Notes under the pieces: model-generated
Seen by the model: the letters and a program-made list of their open reading frames with translations, nothing else
Database searches by the model: none
Told to the model about the DNA's origin: nothing
Shown here: piece by piece, positions 57,563 through 59,200 of the stretch
Layout: the number at the start of each line of letters is the position of its first letter
Position numbering within the stretch: position 1 is the first letter of the stretch
Source of the DNA: Patescibacteria group bacterium
GTDB lineage: Bacteria > Patescibacteriota > Minisyncoccia > Minisyncoccales > UBA5738
Reading direction: 5' to 3'
DNA: 59,200 nt
Assembly: GCA_034678605.1 (NCBI GenBank)
Contig: JAXDBQ010000020.1
Location: forward strand, 1-59,200
Position numbers and translations under genes: made by a program

Positions 57563-58542
57563 AAATCAAATTTCTCCATCAAACTGCCGAGGGAGTTGGC
57601 CACGCCTTTGCCAAAGGGGCAAAAGCTGGCAGTGGCCAATAGTTTGACAATATCGCGCGCGCGGGCGTTGTCAAGCGGCTCAAAAGTTTCTTGGGAAAAA
57701 ATTTCGCGCAAGCGATAAACGCCTTCGCGGCAGGGAACACACTTGCCGCAATTTTCGGCGATGAAAAAATTCAGCCACAATAACGCCAATTGACGCGGAT
57801 CAGTTTTTTGCAAATCATAAACCACGATCGATCCCGCGCCGCTCACCGACGCTTCCAGTTCGTTTTGCAACAAAATCGTGCCGCTGGCGCCGCCGCCCAC
57901 TTGGACAAAAAATTCAAAATCCGGCCAATTGCCGGTTTTTTCCAAAACTTCTTTAACGGTCAAATTTTCGCCGCGTTCAAAAACGCCCGGATTGGCCAAC
58001 GTGCCGGAAACCGAATAAAACCGAGTATTTTTATATTCCCCCTTCGCGATTTTTGCCGCGAAAAAAAGCGTCTCCAAATTATTGATCAGGGTAGGACATC
58101 TCCAAAGTCCCATCTGGGGTGGGAACGGCGGTTTAATTCGCGGTTCACACCGTTTTCCCTCGATTGAATCCAAAAGCGCGGTTTCTTCGCCGCCCAAATA
58201 ACCTCCCGGCTCGCGGATTATTTCTATTTTTTTATCACCGATAATTTTAGTTAATTTATCCTTGAATTGGTCAAAATAATCCTTGCGCAAATATAAATAT
58301 CCCTTTGACGCGCCCACGGCCTCCATCGCCAAAACAATGCCATCGATCACAACTTCCGGCCATTTTTCCAAAATATAGCCATCCTTAAAAACCGCCGGCT
58401 CGCCTTCGGAAACATTACAGACAACAAACTTTTTATCGCCCGCGCCATCTTTTACCATTTGCCATTTTTGCCACGCGGGAAATCCGGCGCCGCCCCGGCC
58501 CCGCAAATCCGCTTGTTTAATCTTTTCGATGATATTATCCAT
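57559..58542 (-). CDS. Short NuoF/HydB-like FMN/NADH-binding subunit
   Basis: LRGRGGAGFPAWQKW, NVSEGEPAVFKD, YLGGEETALLDSIEGKR..PR.KPPFP, INNLET, CGKCVPCREG, SFCPFG. Only 327 aa. Confidence 0.9.
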   Translation of the reverse strand: MDNIIEKIKQADLRGRGGAGFPAWQKWQMVKDGAGDKKFVVCNVSEGEPAVFKDGYILEKWPEVVIDGIVLAMEAVGASKGYLYLRKDYFDQFKDKLTKIIGDKKIEIIREPGGYLGGEETALLDSIEGKRCEPRIKPPFPPQMGLWRCPTLINNLETLFFAAKIAKGEYKNTRFYSVSGTLANPGVFERGENLTVKEVLEKTGNWPDFEFFVQVGGGASGTILLQNELEASVSGAGSIVVYDLQKTDPRQLALLWLNFFIAENCGKCVPCREGVYRLREIFSQETFEPLDNARARDIVKLLATASFCPFGKGVANSLGSLMEKFDL

Positions 58543-58618
58543 GGTTGTTTGATCGGCAATCCACCGTTATTAAATTCCTTTACCAATGCTGGATTATAAC
58601 AAATTTTTTCAAAAACAA

Positions 58619-58650
58619 AAAACCGGCCCGTTTACCGGCCGGTTTTTAAA
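58619..58650. terminator. Hairpin terminator
   Basis: AAAAACCGGCC-CGTTTACC-GGCCGGTTTTT after the last gene. Confidence 0.7.
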
Positions 58651-58663
58651 AAATATTTTTCAA

Positions 58664-59200
58664 TTAATTAGCCGCCATCAATTGGTTTATTTTCGCCCGC
58701 GTGTCGTTGCCCACGTTTCCCGAACCGGCCGTCAATCCATAGGGCGTCAAAATTTGGGCGGCATACTTCAATTGCAATTGGGACACGGCCGCTTTGGTGG
58801 CCTGATCGTAAAATCCGTTCGAAACCACCGCGTAACCCTGCGTCTTCAAAAAGTCCTGCAAACAATAAACCTCCGGATCGCTGATTCCAAAATACAAATA
58901 TTTTGTGAGTCGATTACAAATAGTTCCGGGAAAGCTTCCCGTTCCGCCCGCCGTATTGGTCAAGGCCGCCAATTGTTGTTGCAGTTCCGCGATCTTTTGT
59001 TTCAGCAAATTGATCTGGGCCAAAAGATCGGTTGAATCGACATTGGCCGACCCTGATCCGGATCCTGATCCTGATCCCGATCCGCAAGCGGCATTCGAGC
59101 AGGATTCGTTGACGGCGCAAGCCTCGTAAACCTCGCCGCGGTTGCCGCAGGAATCATACCAATAGACATCGCCGTTATAGCATTGCTTGCGGTTTTTAGC
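58664..59200 (-). CDS. Cys-rich surface protein with (GS)n linker, coiled coil and C-terminal peptidoglycan-binding domain; 5'-truncated by window edge
   Basis: Frame is open from 59200: CYNGDVYWYDSCG, GSGSGSGSGSGS, KIAELQQQLAAL, then LYFGISDPEVYCLQDFLK...GFYDQATKAAVSQLQ...GNVGNDTRAKIN (PG_binding_1-like). Confidence 0.88.
   Translation of the reverse strand, partial: AKNRKQCYNGDVYWYDSCGNRGEVYEACAVNESCSNAACGSGSGSGSGSGSANVDSTDLLAQINLLKQKIAELQQQLAALTNTAGGTGSFPGTICNRLTKYLYFGISDPEVYCLQDFLKTQGYAVVSNGFYDQATKAAVSQLQLKYAAQILTPYGLTAGSGNVGNDTRAKINQLMAAN

Overview
Bacterial chromosome segment in translation table 11 (TGA is used as stop, e.g. miaA). It is most consistent with a Patescibacteria/Parcubacteria (CPR) genome; this is inferred from the short EF-Ts, a short PheT, rplK not followed by rplA, two-domain ThyX and Cys-rich secreted proteins. 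Core genes are mostly on the minus strand: tRNA modification and translation (miaB, miaA, gatB, rplK, nusG, secE, pheST, tsf, rpsB, rpmE, prfA, rplY, tRNA-Thr), gyrB, a dcd-thyX-tmk-deoC cluster, carbon metabolism (FBP aldolase/phosphatase, PfkB kinase, ppsA, acs, gapA) and an [FeFe]-hydrogenase with a short NuoF/HydB-like partner. Small AT-rich accessory genes are interleaved: three AbiEii-type nucleotidyltransferase TA pairs, an MNT-HEPN pair, two NYN RNases, RhuM, an ABC-ATPase/TOPRIM-like pair and a GIY-YIG-RAMA protein. The main unexplained pattern is that several accessory cassettes are bracketed by a diverged duplicate of the END of the neighbouring gene: ppsA 3' end, acs 5' end, transglycosylase 3' end, and three orphan C-terminal tails in a 12-kb array of modular Cys-rich surface proteins. 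Differences between copies are mostly synonymous and no integrase or transposase is visible in the window. Also present are palindromic 7-mer intergenic arrays, REP-like hairpins, a duplicated structured RNA-like element, and orphan antisense promoter-hairpin units. No CRISPR array, rRNA or transposase was recognised. All family assignments are by motif recognition by eye; no database search was run.
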